Of a DNA stretch of 64,000 nucleotides, positions 29,835 through 40,128 are shown in pieces (positions within the stretch are counted from its first letter, which is position 1; every line of letters starts with the position of its first letter). The translations under genes and the position numbers were made by a program. This DNA is from Candidatus Minthosoma equi (GTDB lineage Bacteria; Bacteroidota; Bacteroidia; Bacteroidales; Bacteroidaceae), in NCBI GenBank assembly GCA_018064885.1, contig JAGHUI010000049.1, forward strand, positions 7,694-71,693. The letters are read 5' to 3'. The notes beneath the pieces were generated by a model that was not told where the DNA came from, made no database searches, and saw only the letters and a program-made list of their open reading frames with translations.

Positions 29835-30716
29835 ATGGCAGTCAGAAAGAAATTTGGTCCAGCTTTAGGACGTGGTCTTGATGCTCTTATCTCTACCGAG
29901 GAGGTTCAGACTCAGGGTTCTTCCACAATCAACGAGATAGATATCACGCTCATTGACCGCAATCCAAAACAACCACGTCATGAGTTCGACGAAGAAGCTT
30001 TGCAAGAATTGGCTGATTCTATTGCAGAGATAGGAATAATCCAGCCTATCACTCTTCGTGAGATGGATAACGGACGCTATCAGATCATAGCAGGTGAGCG
30101 CCGTTGGAGAGCTTCCCAGATTGTTGGCTTAGCAACTGTTCCTGCATACATCCGTACTGCCAGCGATGAGAATGTGATGGAGATGGCGCTGATTGAGAAT
30201 ATCCAGCGTCAGGACCTTAACTCTATAGAAATTGCACTTGCTTATCAGCATCTCATTGATGAATATGACCTTACGCAGGAGAAACTGAGCGAGAGAGTAG
30301 GCAAGAAGAGAGCAACTGTTGCTAACTATCTGCGTTTGCTCAAGCTTCCAGCTCCAGTTCAGGTTGCAATACAGAATCATCATATTGACACGGGTCATGC
30401 TCGTGCTCTCCTTGCTCTTGAAGATCCAAAGAATCAGGTGAAGCTGTTCAAAGAGATTCAGGATAAGGGATATTCTGTGCGTCAGGTTGAGGATTTGATT
30501 AAGAAGATAAATGATGGTGCGGAGGTTGCTGCAGTCAAGCCAAAGGCAGTTGACAGCAAGAGCGTTCCTGAAGACATAGAGACACTTCGCGCTCAGTTTG
30601 CTAGGAAGTCTGGTGCTGACGTTAAGGTTTCTTGTTCATCCAAAGGTAATGGCAAACTTACCATATCCTTCAAGGATGCTGATGAATTGAGAAGACTGTT
30701 GTCGCTTATACAATAA
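29835..30716 (+). CDS. parB: chromosome partitioning protein ParB/Spo0J
   Basis: It has the ParB box (IIAGERRWRAS) and an HTH (QEKLSERVGKKRATVANYLRLL), and it follows parA. Confidence 0.93.
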   Translation: MAVRKKFGPALGRGLDALISTEEVQTQGSSTINEIDITLIDRNPKQPRHEFDEEALQELADSIAEIGIIQPITLREMDNGRYQIIAGERRWRASQIVGLATVPAYIRTASDENVMEMALIENIQRQDLNSIEIALAYQHLIDEYDLTQEKLSERVGKKRATVANYLRLLKLPAPVQVAIQNHHIDTGHARALLALEDPKNQVKLFKEIQDKGYSVRQVEDLIKKINDGAEVAAVKPKAVDSKSVPEDIETLRAQFARKSGADVKVSCSSKGNGKLTISFKDADELRRLLSLIQ

Positions 30717-30727
30717 ATGTTTTTGTT

Positions 30728-31567
30728 TTGAAACGAATCCAATCCACATATCGTCTGTTTCTGCTGATAGTGATGTCATTATCGTTCGTCTCCTCTGTCT
30801 TTGCTCAGGATGTGAATGATGGTGATCCTGTACCAATGGCCCGTTCACGCAGAGAGAAAAATGTTTCTTTGCCAGCAGATTCCATCGAGCTTGATACATT
30901 ATTTATAAATGATGATAAGATTGCAAGCAAGATAGATTCCATTAAGAACGAGCCTGAGTATGTGGAAGCAACTGCTCCTGATACTGCCAAGAATGTGAAT
31001 TTCTATGTTAATGCAGATTCGCTTGCAGCATTGGCTCTTCCTGCACCTAAGGGAAGATTTATTCCTGATCCAAAGAAAGCCATGTGGCTTGCTGTCGTTT
31101 TCCCTGGCGGAGGTCAGATTTACAACCGTAAATATTGGAAGCTCCCTCTTATCTATGGCGGATTTCTTGGCTGCGTTTATGCAATGACATGGAACAATAC
31201 AATGTATCGTGATTATTCTCAGGCATATATAGACATCATGGATAGTGATGAGAATACAAAGAGTTACGAAAATTTCTTGCCGCCATCATACGATGTCAAT
31301 GCGAATATGGAACGATTGAAAACTCTTTTCCAAAGAAAGAAAAATTATTATCGTCGTTTTCGTGATTTGAGTATGTTCTGTATGATTGGCGTTTATGCTT
31401 TGTCCATTGTTGATGCATACGTAGATGCAGAAATGTCAAGTTTTGATATCAGTCATGACCTTTCAATGAAAGTCAAACCAACGATAATAAATGACAGATA
31501 TTCTGCAATGAGGGCAAGCGGCATGAGTCCTCAGTCTTATGGCTTTCAATGCAGCCTCAGTTTTTGA
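30728..31567 (+). CDS. DUF5683-like membrane protein
   Basis: TTG start with a signal-like N-terminus. The core VVFPGGGQIYNRKYWKLPLIYGGF and its position after parB match the conserved Bacteroidales arrangement as I recall it. Confidence 0.6.
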   Translation: MKRIQSTYRLFLLIVMSLSFVSSVFAQDVNDGDPVPMARSRREKNVSLPADSIELDTLFINDDKIASKIDSIKNEPEYVEATAPDTAKNVNFYVNADSLAALALPAPKGRFIPDPKKAMWLAVVFPGGGQIYNRKYWKLPLIYGGFLGCVYAMTWNNTMYRDYSQAYIDIMDSDENTKSYENFLPPSYDVNANMERLKTLFQRKKNYYRRFRDLSMFCMIGVYALSIVDAYVDAEMSSFDISHDLSMKVKPTIINDRYSAMRASGMSPQSYGFQCSLSF

Positions 31568-31613
31568 AATGAATGAAATCTTACTAATATAAAGAAATAA
31601 ATACCAAAAAGAT

Positions 31614-32954
31614 ATGAAGAAAAAAATATTGTTAGCTACACTCGCTGTTGCTTTCGCTTCTTTGATGAATGCACAGAATGAGTATAATACCACAAGTGAT
31701 TCTGTCAGTGGCAATCCTGTAGATATGCCGGAAGGTATTTTTGTCTCTGAGGAAGAGCTGATGAATGATTACAATAATCGCACAAACCTTTCTGAGGGCA
31801 CAGGAACAAGCCGTGTGCTGTCTTATGATGATTCTGTTCTTGTTAGCCGTCTCTCACGCATCCCTACAACTATCGATTTGCCTCTCAATGATGTAACTCG
31901 CCAATACATAGACAAATACAGCAACCGTCTGAAAAGTTCTGTATCTATCATGCTTGGTGCTTCAAATTTCTACAATCCAATCTTTGAGGATGCTTTGGAA
32001 AAGTATGGTCTTCCACTTGAATTGAAATATCTTCCTGTCATTGAGTCAGCTCTCCGTCCATCTGCAACATCCCGAGTTGGTGCAGCAGGACTTTGGCAGT
32101 TCATGCCAGCAACAGGTAAGCGTTATGGTCTTGAACTCAATACTCTTGTTGACGAGCGTCGTGATCCGATCAAGTCAAGCGATGCAGCGGCACGCTATCT
32201 TCGTGACCTTTATGGAATGTTTGGCGATTGGAGCCTTGCCATTGCTGCTTATAATTGTGGCGAGGGAAATGTACAGAAGGCTATCATTCGTTCTGGCAAT
32301 CAGGAAAATCCAGACTTCTGGGCTGTATATAACAGATTGCCAGGAGAGACTCGCGGTTATGTGCCTGCATTCATTGCTGCAACATACATAATGAACTACT
32401 ATTGCGAGCATGGCATCGTGCCTCGCGAGGCAACACTTCCATTGGAATCAGATACGGTTGTTGTTCGCGCAAATGTGAAGTTCAACCAGATTGCTTCTAA
32501 GTGTAATGTATCTGTTGACGAACTTCGTTCTATCAATCCTCAGTATCGTCAGGATGTTGTGCCAATGGGGTACACGCTTCGTATTCCTGCAAGTGCAGTC
32601 GAAGATTTCTTGGTTAAGGAAGACAGCATATATGGAATCAATCCTAACATCGTTGTAGCGTCTCGTCCTGCCAATACAACAGAAGCAGCTGTGACAGGCG
32701 CTGAAGGCGAAATTGTTGAAACAGTTTCTACTACAACAAGTTACAATACGAGAAGTTCGCGCTCAAGCAGGAATTCTCGTTCACGCAGCAGCCGCAACCG
32801 CCAGTCATCAAGAGCTGTCAATGTGACAGTAAAGAGCGGTGATACACTCTCAGCAATTGCAAAGCGCAACGGCACAAGCGTGGATAAGATCCGCAAGCTT
32901 AGCGGTATCAAGGGTGATATGATTCGCCCTGGTCAGACTGTTCGTGTAAAGTAA
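31614..32954 (+). CDS. lytic transglycosylase (SLT domain) with a C-terminal LysM
   Basis: The SLT motifs are ESALRPSATSRVGAAGLWQFMPATG and AYNCGEGNV. An Arg/Ser-rich linker precedes the LysM (VKSGDTLSAIAKRNGTSVDKIRKLSGI). Confidence 0.88.
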   Translation: MKKKILLATLAVAFASLMNAQNEYNTTSDSVSGNPVDMPEGIFVSEEELMNDYNNRTNLSEGTGTSRVLSYDDSVLVSRLSRIPTTIDLPLNDVTRQYIDKYSNRLKSSVSIMLGASNFYNPIFEDALEKYGLPLELKYLPVIESALRPSATSRVGAAGLWQFMPATGKRYGLELNTLVDERRDPIKSSDAAARYLRDLYGMFGDWSLAIAAYNCGEGNVQKAIIRSGNQENPDFWAVYNRLPGETRGYVPAFIAATYIMNYYCEHGIVPREATLPLESDTVVVRANVKFNQIASKCNVSVDELRSINPQYRQDVVPMGYTLRIPASAVEDFLVKEDSIYGINPNIVVASRPANTTEAAVTGAEGEIVETVSTTTSYNTRSSRSSRNSRSRSSRNRQSSRAVNVTVKSGDTLSAIAKRNGTSVDKIRKLSGIKGDMIRPGQTVRVK

Positions 32955-32979
32955 ATACAGACTTTAATCTCTGTGCTAT

Positions 32980-35232
32980 ATGGATGATGTTCTTGTAAAT
33001 AAAGATGAGTTGGAAGAAAAGATGGTGGAAGAAGCGTTCCAGCATCTTATCGATTCCTATCTTTCAACAAAACACAGGAAGAAAGTTGAAATCATAACAA
33101 AGGCTTTCAACTTTGCCAAGCATGCTCATAAGGGGGTGCGCCGCCTTTCTGGTGAACCGTACATCATGCACCCATTGGCAGTCGCTCAGATTGTCAGTTC
33201 CGAGATTGGACTCGGTTCAACATCTATTTGCTGCGCACTTCTTCATGATGTTGTTGAAGATACTGACTATACCGTTGAGGATATAGAGAATATGTTCGGT
33301 CCGAAAATAGCACAGATTGTTGACGGACTAACAAAGATTTCTGGCGGTATTTTTGGTGAGCATGCTTCTGCTCAGGCTGAAAACTTCAAGAAACTTCTTC
33401 TCACAATGAGCGATGATATTCGTGTCATCCTCATCAAGATTGCCGATCGCCTCCACAATATGCGCACTCTTGGCAGTCAGGCTGTGAACAAGCAGTATAA
33501 GATTGCTGGTGAAACGCTTTACATTTATGCCCCGCTTGCTAATCGCTTGGGACTGAACACTATAAAGACGGAACTTGAGGATCTCAGCTTTAAGTTTGAG
33601 CATCCAGAAGAGTATTCTGCAATAGAAAAGAAGCTTGAAGCTACAAAAGCCGAACGTGATACTGTGTTTGATGAGTTTACAGCACCAATTCGTGCTCAAC
33701 TTAATGAACTTGGCATTCATTATGAAATCAAGCAGCGTATCAAGTCACCATACTCCATTTGGAGAAAGATGCAGAACAAGCATATTCCTTTCGAGGAAAT
33801 ATATGACATTCTTGCTGTTCGTATCATCTTTGAACCAAACGATATCCAAACCGAGCTTAACGAATGCTTTGATATTTATGTAAAGCTTTGCAAGATATAC
33901 ACATCCCATCCTGATCGTCTTCGCGATTGGATTAGCCGTCCGAAAGCAAATGGTTATCAAGCGCTTCATGTCACCCTCATGTCTCATAAGGGTGAATGGA
34001 TTGAAGTGCAGATTCGTTCGCGCCGAATGGATGAGATCGCAGAGAAAGGTTTTGCCGCTCACTGGAAGTATAAGGAAGGTGACAAGACAGAGAGTGCATC
34101 AGAGCATGAGTTGGATAAGTGGCTGGCTACCATCAAGGAGATTCTTGATGATCCTCAGCCAGATGCCATGGACTTCCTTGACACAATTAAGCTCAATCTC
34201 TTTGCTTCTGAGATATTTGTATTCACGCCAAAGGGAGAGATTCGCACGATGCCTGCAGGATGTACGGCACTTGACTTTGCCTTTACTATCCACACTTTTG
34301 TAGGCAGTCATTGTATTGGCGCAAAGGTTAACCATAAACTTGTGCCTATTAGTCACAAACTGAATAGTGGTGATCAGGTAGAGATTCTTACTTCAAAGTC
34401 TGTTCGTCCAACGCATGCATGGCTTTCTATTGCTACAACGGCAAAAGCAACAACAAAGATTCTTTCCATCCTTCGCAAAGAGGAGCGAGAGCTGAGAAAG
34501 AAGGGGGAGGCTGCTTTTGATGAGTTCCTTAAGAATAATGACATTGTCAAGGATTCTCTTGTGATAGACAAGATTTGCAAGTTGCATGAATTCTCAAAGC
34601 CAGAATTGCTGTATGTGGCAATAGGCGATGGAAAGGTGAAGCTTGGTCAGGATGATATTGACGAATTGAAAGTAAAAGAGCAGGCTGTTGGATGGAAGCG
34701 TCTTTTCTCTTTTGGAAGAAAATCACAATCAAAGTCAGAGAGCAAGGGTAGTGGACTTTTTGTTGTGAAGAAAGACTTTGATAAGAAACAAGTTATTTCT
34801 CTTACAGACGAAACTGTTCAGTCGCAATATTCTCTTTGTGAATGTTGTAAGCCGATACCTGGAGATGATGTGATGGGATTCATAGATGATGATAAGCACA
34901 TCATAATTCATAAATTGCAATGTCCTATCGCTGAAAGACTTAAGGCAAATCATGGTAATCGTGTTCTTGCCGCAAAGTGGGAGATGAGCCAGATGAGTCT
35001 TTTCCCTGTGTCTATTTACATTAAGGGTGTTGATAAACTGGGCTTGCTTCATGAAATCACTCAGGTTATCTCTCAGTTACATTCTGTTAATATCCGCAAG
35101 CTTGAAATAGAGGTGAATGAAGGTCTTTTTGAATCACGCATCCAAATGTATGTTCATGATACGAAAGAGGTCAAGCAAATAGTAGCATCTCTTCGCAATA
35201 TTCCTGATGTTCAGGAAGCTGATAGATTGTGA
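32980..35232 (+). CDS. spoT: bifunctional (p)ppGpp synthetase/hydrolase, RelA/SpoT homologue
   Basis: It has an HD hydrolase (HDVVEDT), a synthetase core (YSIWRKM..GYQALH..EVQIRS), and TGS and ACT regions. Confidence 0.92.
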   Translation: MDDVLVNKDELEEKMVEEAFQHLIDSYLSTKHRKKVEIITKAFNFAKHAHKGVRRLSGEPYIMHPLAVAQIVSSEIGLGSTSICCALLHDVVEDTDYTVEDIENMFGPKIAQIVDGLTKISGGIFGEHASAQAENFKKLLLTMSDDIRVILIKIADRLHNMRTLGSQAVNKQYKIAGETLYIYAPLANRLGLNTIKTELEDLSFKFEHPEEYSAIEKKLEATKAERDTVFDEFTAPIRAQLNELGIHYEIKQRIKSPYSIWRKMQNKHIPFEEIYDILAVRIIFEPNDIQTELNECFDIYVKLCKIYTSHPDRLRDWISRPKANGYQALHVTLMSHKGEWIEVQIRSRRMDEIAEKGFAAHWKYKEGDKTESASEHELDKWLATIKEILDDPQPDAMDFLDTIKLNLFASEIFVFTPKGEIRTMPAGCTALDFAFTIHTFVGSHCIGAKVNHKLVPISHKLNSGDQVEILTSKSVRPTHAWLSIATTAKATTKILSILRKEERELRKKGEAAFDEFLKNNDIVKDSLVIDKICKLHEFSKPELLYVAIGDGKVKLGQDDIDELKVKEQAVGWKRLFSFGRKSQSKSESKGSGLFVVKKDFDKKQVISLTDETVQSQYSLCECCKPIPGDDVMGFIDDDKHIIIHKLQCPIAERLKANHGNRVLAAKWEMSQMSLFPVSIYIKGVDKLGLLHEITQVISQLHSVNIRKLEIEVNEGLFESRIQMYVHDTKEVKQIVASLRNIPDVQEADRL

Positions 35233-35294
35233 TGCTTTATGTTTGGTGATTCAATGATTCAATGATCTGACAGATAGAAGAAACAAATAAAATG

Positions 35295-35326
35295 AAAAAA
35301 GCTCAGGGACTAACCTGAGCTTTTTT
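35295..35326. terminator. bidirectional rho-independent terminator
   Basis: aaaaaagctcagg pairs with cctgagctttttt between convergent spoT and the MerR-family gene. Confidence 0.85.
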
Positions 35327-35350
35327 GCGTTTTATAGGAATGGAATCTTC

Positions 35351-35701
35351 TTAAACCAATTCGTTGAGGTGCTTGCTGATTTCCTGCAAATCAGTTCGTA
35401 TGTCCTTCAGTTTTTCAATAACCTCAATCTGGCGATTTGTCTCACCTTTCTTATTGTGCTTGATTGCGTCACGTGCTCCTTGGAGAGTCATACCGCGTTC
35501 TTTTACAAGATGATAGACAAGTCTCACTTGTTCAATGTCGTCTTTTGTGTATTGACGCACACCACGACCAACCTTTTGTGGGCAGATGTTAGGAAACTCT
35601 TTTTCCCAATAGCGGAGAAGAGTTTCTGCGACGTTGAACATCTGTGCAACTTCGCTGATGCTGTAATACATCTTAAGGTCTTTGTTCTTATTCAGAGCCA
35701 T
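35351..35701 (-). CDS. MerR-family transcriptional regulator
   Basis: 116 aa. The N-terminal wHTH YYSISEVAQMFNVAETLLRYWEKEF is typical of the MerR family. Confidence 0.85.
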   Translation of the reverse strand: MALNKNKDLKMYYSISEVAQMFNVAETLLRYWEKEFPNICPQKVGRGVRQYTKDDIEQVRLVYHLVKERGMTLQGARDAIKHNKKGETNRQIEVIEKLKDIRTDLQEISKHLNELV

Positions 35702-35743
35702 AGTGACTTATTATCTTTGTTTGTTATTTGTTCGGAAAAATGA

Positions 35744-37213
35744 TTACTTCTTCTTTGGTATGTTCTTGAGAATCTCAATAACAAAATTATAGAACTTCTC
35801 AACAGAAGGGATGAAGCATGCCTCGCTTGGAGTGTGAGGGCTTACAAGAGTAGGACCAAAACTTGCCATATCCATCTCTGGATAGTTAACGCCGATGATG
35901 CCACACTCAAGTCCTGCATGGCAAGCGCTGACAACTGGTCTCTTGCCAAACATCTTCTCGTATGTATCTGACATAGAGGCAACGAGTGCGCTCTTTGGAT
36001 TTGGCTGCCAACCGCTGTAGCCGCCTTCAAACTTCACCTGCATTCCAGCCATAGAGAAGCAAGAAAGCAAACCGTTGCAAAGGAAAAGTTTCATGCTGTC
36101 TTGTGATGAACGAGCAAGAATGTCAATTTCTGCCTTGCCATCTGCAATGTTGATGATAGCAAGGTTGCTTGATGTCTCAACAAGGTCTGGCATTGATGGA
36201 GTGTAGCGAAGCACACCATCATGAGCAGCCATAACTGCATTGATGATGTTCTCCTGAATATCTTGTGGCATTGCCTTAGCTGGTGTTTCGTCAAGCTTTG
36301 TTGCTGTGAGATTGATGCCTTCGGTTTCTATGTCACCGAATTCGGCAGTGAAGATGCCCTTGCTCTTCTCTATGAGGTTAAGGAACTCACTTTCAGAAGT
36401 CTGTGGAACGAGTACGGTTGCCTCACATTCGCGAGGAATAGCGTTGCGCATATTGCCGCCATGCCAGCTGCATAGCCATGCGATGTTTGTGTTTACTGCA
36501 GCAAAGAGGATGCGAGCCATGAGTTTATTGGCATTGGCGCGTCCCTTGTTGATTTCCAATCCAGAGTGACCGCCAAGCAATCCCTTGATTGCAATGTTGT
36601 ATGCAACCATGTTTTCGGCATTGACATTCAACTCTTGGTATTCCATGTTGCACACAACATCCATGCCGCCAGCGCAACCGATGGTGATTTCTCCTTCTTC
36701 TTCAGAGTCAAGGTTAAGGAGATACTTGCCCTTCAACTCGCCTGCCTTTAATCCGAAAGCGCCGAACATGCCTGTCTCCTCGTCCTTTGTAATAAGTACT
36801 TCGATTGGGCCGTGAGCAACGCTATCGTCCTCAATTACAGCCATTGCAGCAGCAACGCCCATGCCATCGTCTGCACCAAGTGTTGTGTTGCGAGCTGTCA
36901 CCCATTCTCCGTCAATATACACGTCAAGAGGATCTGTCTCAAAGTTATGAGTGGAATCCTTTGTCTTCTGAGGAACCATATCCATGTGTGCCTGGAGAAC
37001 GGCAGTTTCCAAATCTTCATATCCAGGAGTGGCACCCTTTGTCATGATTACGTTGCCTGCTTCGTCAATGTGAGCTTCAGCACCGTTTTTCTTGGCAAAG
37101 TCAACAAGAAAAGCTGCAACCTTCTCTGTGTGTCCAGAAGGTCTTGGTATTTGAGTCAATGCGTAGAAATTCTTCCATACGCTCTTTGGTGAAAGTTCTT
37201 CAATTGGATTCAT
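35744..37213 (-). CDS. pepD: aminoacyl-histidine dipeptidase (Xaa-His dipeptidase, M20 family)
   Basis: 489 aa. It carries AHMDMVPQK, TLGADDGMG and DEETGM metal-ligand motifs. Confidence 0.9.
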   Translation of the reverse strand: MNPIEELSPKSVWKNFYALTQIPRPSGHTEKVAAFLVDFAKKNGAEAHIDEAGNVIMTKGATPGYEDLETAVLQAHMDMVPQKTKDSTHNFETDPLDVYIDGEWVTARNTTLGADDGMGVAAAMAVIEDDSVAHGPIEVLITKDEETGMFGAFGLKAGELKGKYLLNLDSEEEGEITIGCAGGMDVVCNMEYQELNVNAENMVAYNIAIKGLLGGHSGLEINKGRANANKLMARILFAAVNTNIAWLCSWHGGNMRNAIPRECEATVLVPQTSESEFLNLIEKSKGIFTAEFGDIETEGINLTATKLDETPAKAMPQDIQENIINAVMAAHDGVLRYTPSMPDLVETSSNLAIINIADGKAEIDILARSSQDSMKLFLCNGLLSCFSMAGMQVKFEGGYSGWQPNPKSALVASMSDTYEKMFGKRPVVSACHAGLECGIIGVNYPEMDMASFGPTLVSPHTPSEACFIPSVEKFYNFVIEILKNIPKKK

Positions 37214-37249
37214 AGTCTTTATATATTTTATGTTGTTATTATTCTTTCA

Positions 37250-38275
37250 TTATAAATTATTCTGTTGGCTTTCAAAATGTTTTGTGATTTCATCATTACT
37301 TCTCAGTCCTAACATGATTGTAGAATATATGCCAAGTATAGGAACCAAAGCTGTTTGAACGGCAAACACGATTAGTACGAATGTCTCTGCATTTCCGGCT
37401 GCCACACCATACAAGATGAATATAGTCTTCACAGCAAAATGCCAAGGGCCAGCACCATTAGGAGTTGGCACAATAACAGAAATGCTTCCAACTATGAAAC
37501 TGACAATGGCAACTGTAAAGCCGAGGTTTTGTGTGAACTCAAAACAGTTGAATGTAGTCCAGTAATGGATGAAATAGCTGAGCCAAATGGCTATTGTGTA
37601 GAATGCGAATAACCATTTGTTCTTTACATCCTTAAGCGACATTACACCCGCTTTCATGTTGTCAAAGGCTTCCTTCACTTTGTTCATGAATGTAAAGCGT
37701 TTCATGGCAATGCATAGGAAACATATAGTGATTACAGCGCAAATGGCTGTGACAATATATCCGGTTGTAGTGAAACCTCTAAGTGTGTCTTCTATGTTTG
37801 TTCCTGTTGTATCGAAGAAAGAATCAAACACAGTCAGCTGCCATAGAATAACGGCTATAATAATGATGAGCAACAGCAGAGAGTCTATGATACGCTCTGT
37901 CACTACAGTGCCAAGAGCCTTTGGAAATGACACGCCATCATACTTCGTCAGAACACCACATCTGGTCACCTCTCCGCTCCGCGGAATGACAAGACTGCAT
38001 GCATAAGAAATGAAAATGGCATGTATGCAATCCATAATCTTTGGATGCTCTCCAAGCGGTTCAAGCGTCTGCTTCCATCTTATGCCTCTGAACATCTGAG
38101 CCGTGATTCCGAAAATAAGCGAGAACAGCATCCAACCCCAATTCATCCCGTGAACAAGAGTGTCCTCCATCTTCTTGAAGTCGTAATCGCGGTACATCCA
38201 CCACAGAATTGCGCCTCCAAGCACGAAAGGAATGGCAATATTAAGTGCCTTTTTAATAGTTTTATTGCAGTTCAT
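37250..38275 (-). CDS. UPF0104 / lysylphosphatidylglycerol-synthase-TM-like flippase-like membrane protein
   Basis: 341 aa with about 8 TM segments. Its overall pattern matches LPG_synthase_TM-family proteins. Confidence 0.65.
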   Translation of the reverse strand: MNCNKTIKKALNIAIPFVLGGAILWWMYRDYDFKKMEDTLVHGMNWGWMLFSLIFGITAQMFRGIRWKQTLEPLGEHPKIMDCIHAIFISYACSLVIPRSGEVTRCGVLTKYDGVSFPKALGTVVTERIIDSLLLLIIIIAVILWQLTVFDSFFDTTGTNIEDTLRGFTTTGYIVTAICAVITICFLCIAMKRFTFMNKVKEAFDNMKAGVMSLKDVKNKWLFAFYTIAIWLSYFIHYWTTFNCFEFTQNLGFTVAIVSFIVGSISVIVPTPNGAGPWHFAVKTIFILYGVAAGNAETFVLIVFAVQTALVPILGIYSTIMLGLRSNDEITKHFESQQNNL

Positions 38276-38284
38276 TAAAAAAAT

Positions 38285-38323
38285 CGTATCTTTGCAAAAG
38301 ATTTTGCTAAGTGCAAAGATACG
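38285..38323. promoter_or_regulatory. pair of overlapping divergent -7 boxes forming a perfect 12-bp inverted repeat
   Basis: cgtatctttgca (38285-38296; plus-strand TATCTTTG) and tgcaaagatacg (38312-38323; minus-strand TATCTTTG) are separated by 15 bp. Confidence 0.55.
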
Positions 38324-38396
38324 AATAATTCATTATTCTTTCATTAAAAAGCGAAATAAATTTAGATAACATAAATCATAATTCATATTTTTATTT

Positions 38397-39185
38397 GTGA
38401 ATAGCGTAAAACCAAAGAAATTCTTAGGTCAGCATTTTCTAACAGACCTCAGCGTAGCAAGCCGCATAGCAGATACAGTCGATGCCTATCCAGACATTCC
38501 TGTGCTTGAGGTAGGACCAGGTATGGGTGTGCTGACACAATATATATTAAAGAAGAATCGTGAGTTCAAGGTCGTGGAAATAGACTTTGAATCTGTGCCA
38601 TATCTTCAGGAGCATTTCCCAGAATTGGGTGATAATATCATCGAAGGTGACTTCCTTCAGATGGATCTCGCAAAAGTATTTGATGGTCGTGCTTTTGTGC
38701 TTACGGGAAATTATCCATACAACATCTCTTCTCAGATATTCTTCAAGATGGTGGAGAACAAAGACCTCATCCCATGCTGCACAGGTATGATACAAAAAGA
38801 AGTTGCTGAACGCATGGCTGCAGCACCAGGCAGCAAGACCTACGGAGTTCTGAGCGTGCTCATTCAGGCATGGTATGATGTGGAATATCTTTTCACCGTA
38901 CATGAGAACGTGTTCAATCCTCCTCCAAAGGTGAAGAGTGCCGTCATCTGTCTCACTCGCAACAGCAAAACTTCCCTTGGCTGCGACGAAAAACTTTTCC
39001 GCCGCATCGTCAAGACCGTCTTCACCATGCGTCGCAAGATGATGCGCAACGGCATGAAACAGATTCTCGGGAAAGACCACCCAATGCTTGCCGACGAGAT
39101 TTTCACAAAGCGTCCAGAGCAACTCTCTGTGCAGGATTTCATAGAATTGACGAATAGGGTAGAGGCTGCACTAAGTAAAGAATAG
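38397..39185 (+). CDS. rsmA: 16S rRNA (adenine1518/1519-N6)-dimethyltransferase
   Basis: GTG start. It has KKFLGQHFL and the SAM-binding motif VLEVGPGMGVLT. Confidence 0.93.
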   Translation: MNSVKPKKFLGQHFLTDLSVASRIADTVDAYPDIPVLEVGPGMGVLTQYILKKNREFKVVEIDFESVPYLQEHFPELGDNIIEGDFLQMDLAKVFDGRAFVLTGNYPYNISSQIFFKMVENKDLIPCCTGMIQKEVAERMAAAPGSKTYGVLSVLIQAWYDVEYLFTVHENVFNPPPKVKSAVICLTRNSKTSLGCDEKLFRRIVKTVFTMRRKMMRNGMKQILGKDHPMLADEIFTKRPEQLSVQDFIELTNRVEAALSKE

Positions 39186-39192
39186 CTTTCTC

Positions 39193-40077
39193 TTATTCTT
39201 CCTCATAATAATAAGAATAGTCTATTCCCTTCATGAATAGTTCGTGGCTTTCGATGTCGTCTGTTAAAGCATCAGAAATCAAAGCCTTAATTTCTGTTGC
39301 ATCATTAACGCTGAGTCGCATTGCGTCCAGATATTCGTACTTGTCAATCTTGCTCCAATCCACGCATTTGCCAAGACGAGCCTTGAGCATCAGATCCAGC
39401 CATAGGCGAGTACTGCGTCCATTGCCTTCCATGAAGGGATGAGCAACATTCATCTCTACGTATTTGTCCATAATCTCATCAAGTGAATCTTCCGGCATTG
39501 ACTCAATGTAAGCAAGCACCATAGGCAACTGCTGAGCAAGGCAGAATGTGAAACCTCCTTTTGATATAGTCTTAGTACGAATCTGACCAGCGAAATCATA
39601 GAGTCCTCCGAAGAGATAGGCATGAATCTGCTGCAACCCTTTAGTTGTGCCCTCTGGAATTGTCTCAAGTATGTTGCTGTTGAACAATGCATAAGCTTTC
39701 TGCTTGCTCTGCCCATCAATAGAATTGTCGCTATAGGTGAGCCAGTCGAGAAACTTTGTTGCTTTTGAATTTGGAATTGCTTTTGCGAGCAAGGCTATTC
39801 CTTTTGTATCAAGAGTGTCTGTAATACGTCTTTTACCATCAGGCGCCATCATTTTCAACTGGTTAGTGGCACTAACCAGTTCGCTGTTGGTCGCTTTCAG
39901 TTTTGTTTTGAGATATTTCCAATAGTTGCGAGTTTTCGTATAATCCTCTTGTTCATTTATAGCCCCAATCACGTCAAGCACAGAAAAGAACCATTTGTTC
40001 TTTTCTTCACTCCACACTGCACGCACCTTTTTGTCATTGTAGAAGCGTATAGATATTTTATTCTTTTCCTTTTCCAT
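39193..40077 (-). CDS. Fic-family protein with an N-terminal BRO-N/antirepressor-like DNA-binding domain
   Basis: The Fic active-site motif HPFMEGNGRSTRLW is present. The N-terminus VRAVWSEEKNKWFFSVLDVIGAI..APDGKRRITDTL resembles BRO-N/RhuM-type modules. Confidence 0.8.
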   Translation of the reverse strand: MEKEKNKISIRFYNDKKVRAVWSEEKNKWFFSVLDVIGAINEQEDYTKTRNYWKYLKTKLKATNSELVSATNQLKMMAPDGKRRITDTLDTKGIALLAKAIPNSKATKFLDWLTYSDNSIDGQSKQKAYALFNSNILETIPEGTTKGLQQIHAYLFGGLYDFAGQIRTKTISKGGFTFCLAQQLPMVLAYIESMPEDSLDEIMDKYVEMNVAHPFMEGNGRSTRLWLDLMLKARLGKCVDWSKIDKYEYLDAMRLSVNDATEIKALISDALTDDIESHELFMKGIDYSYYYEEE

Positions 40078-40128
40078 CTATTGCAATTTTGGACAATTCG
40101 CTACAAAGGTACTACATGAAAATCGCAA

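Noticed and set aside
38547-39122. 191-aa minus-strand ORF
   Set aside because: It is antisense to rsmA.
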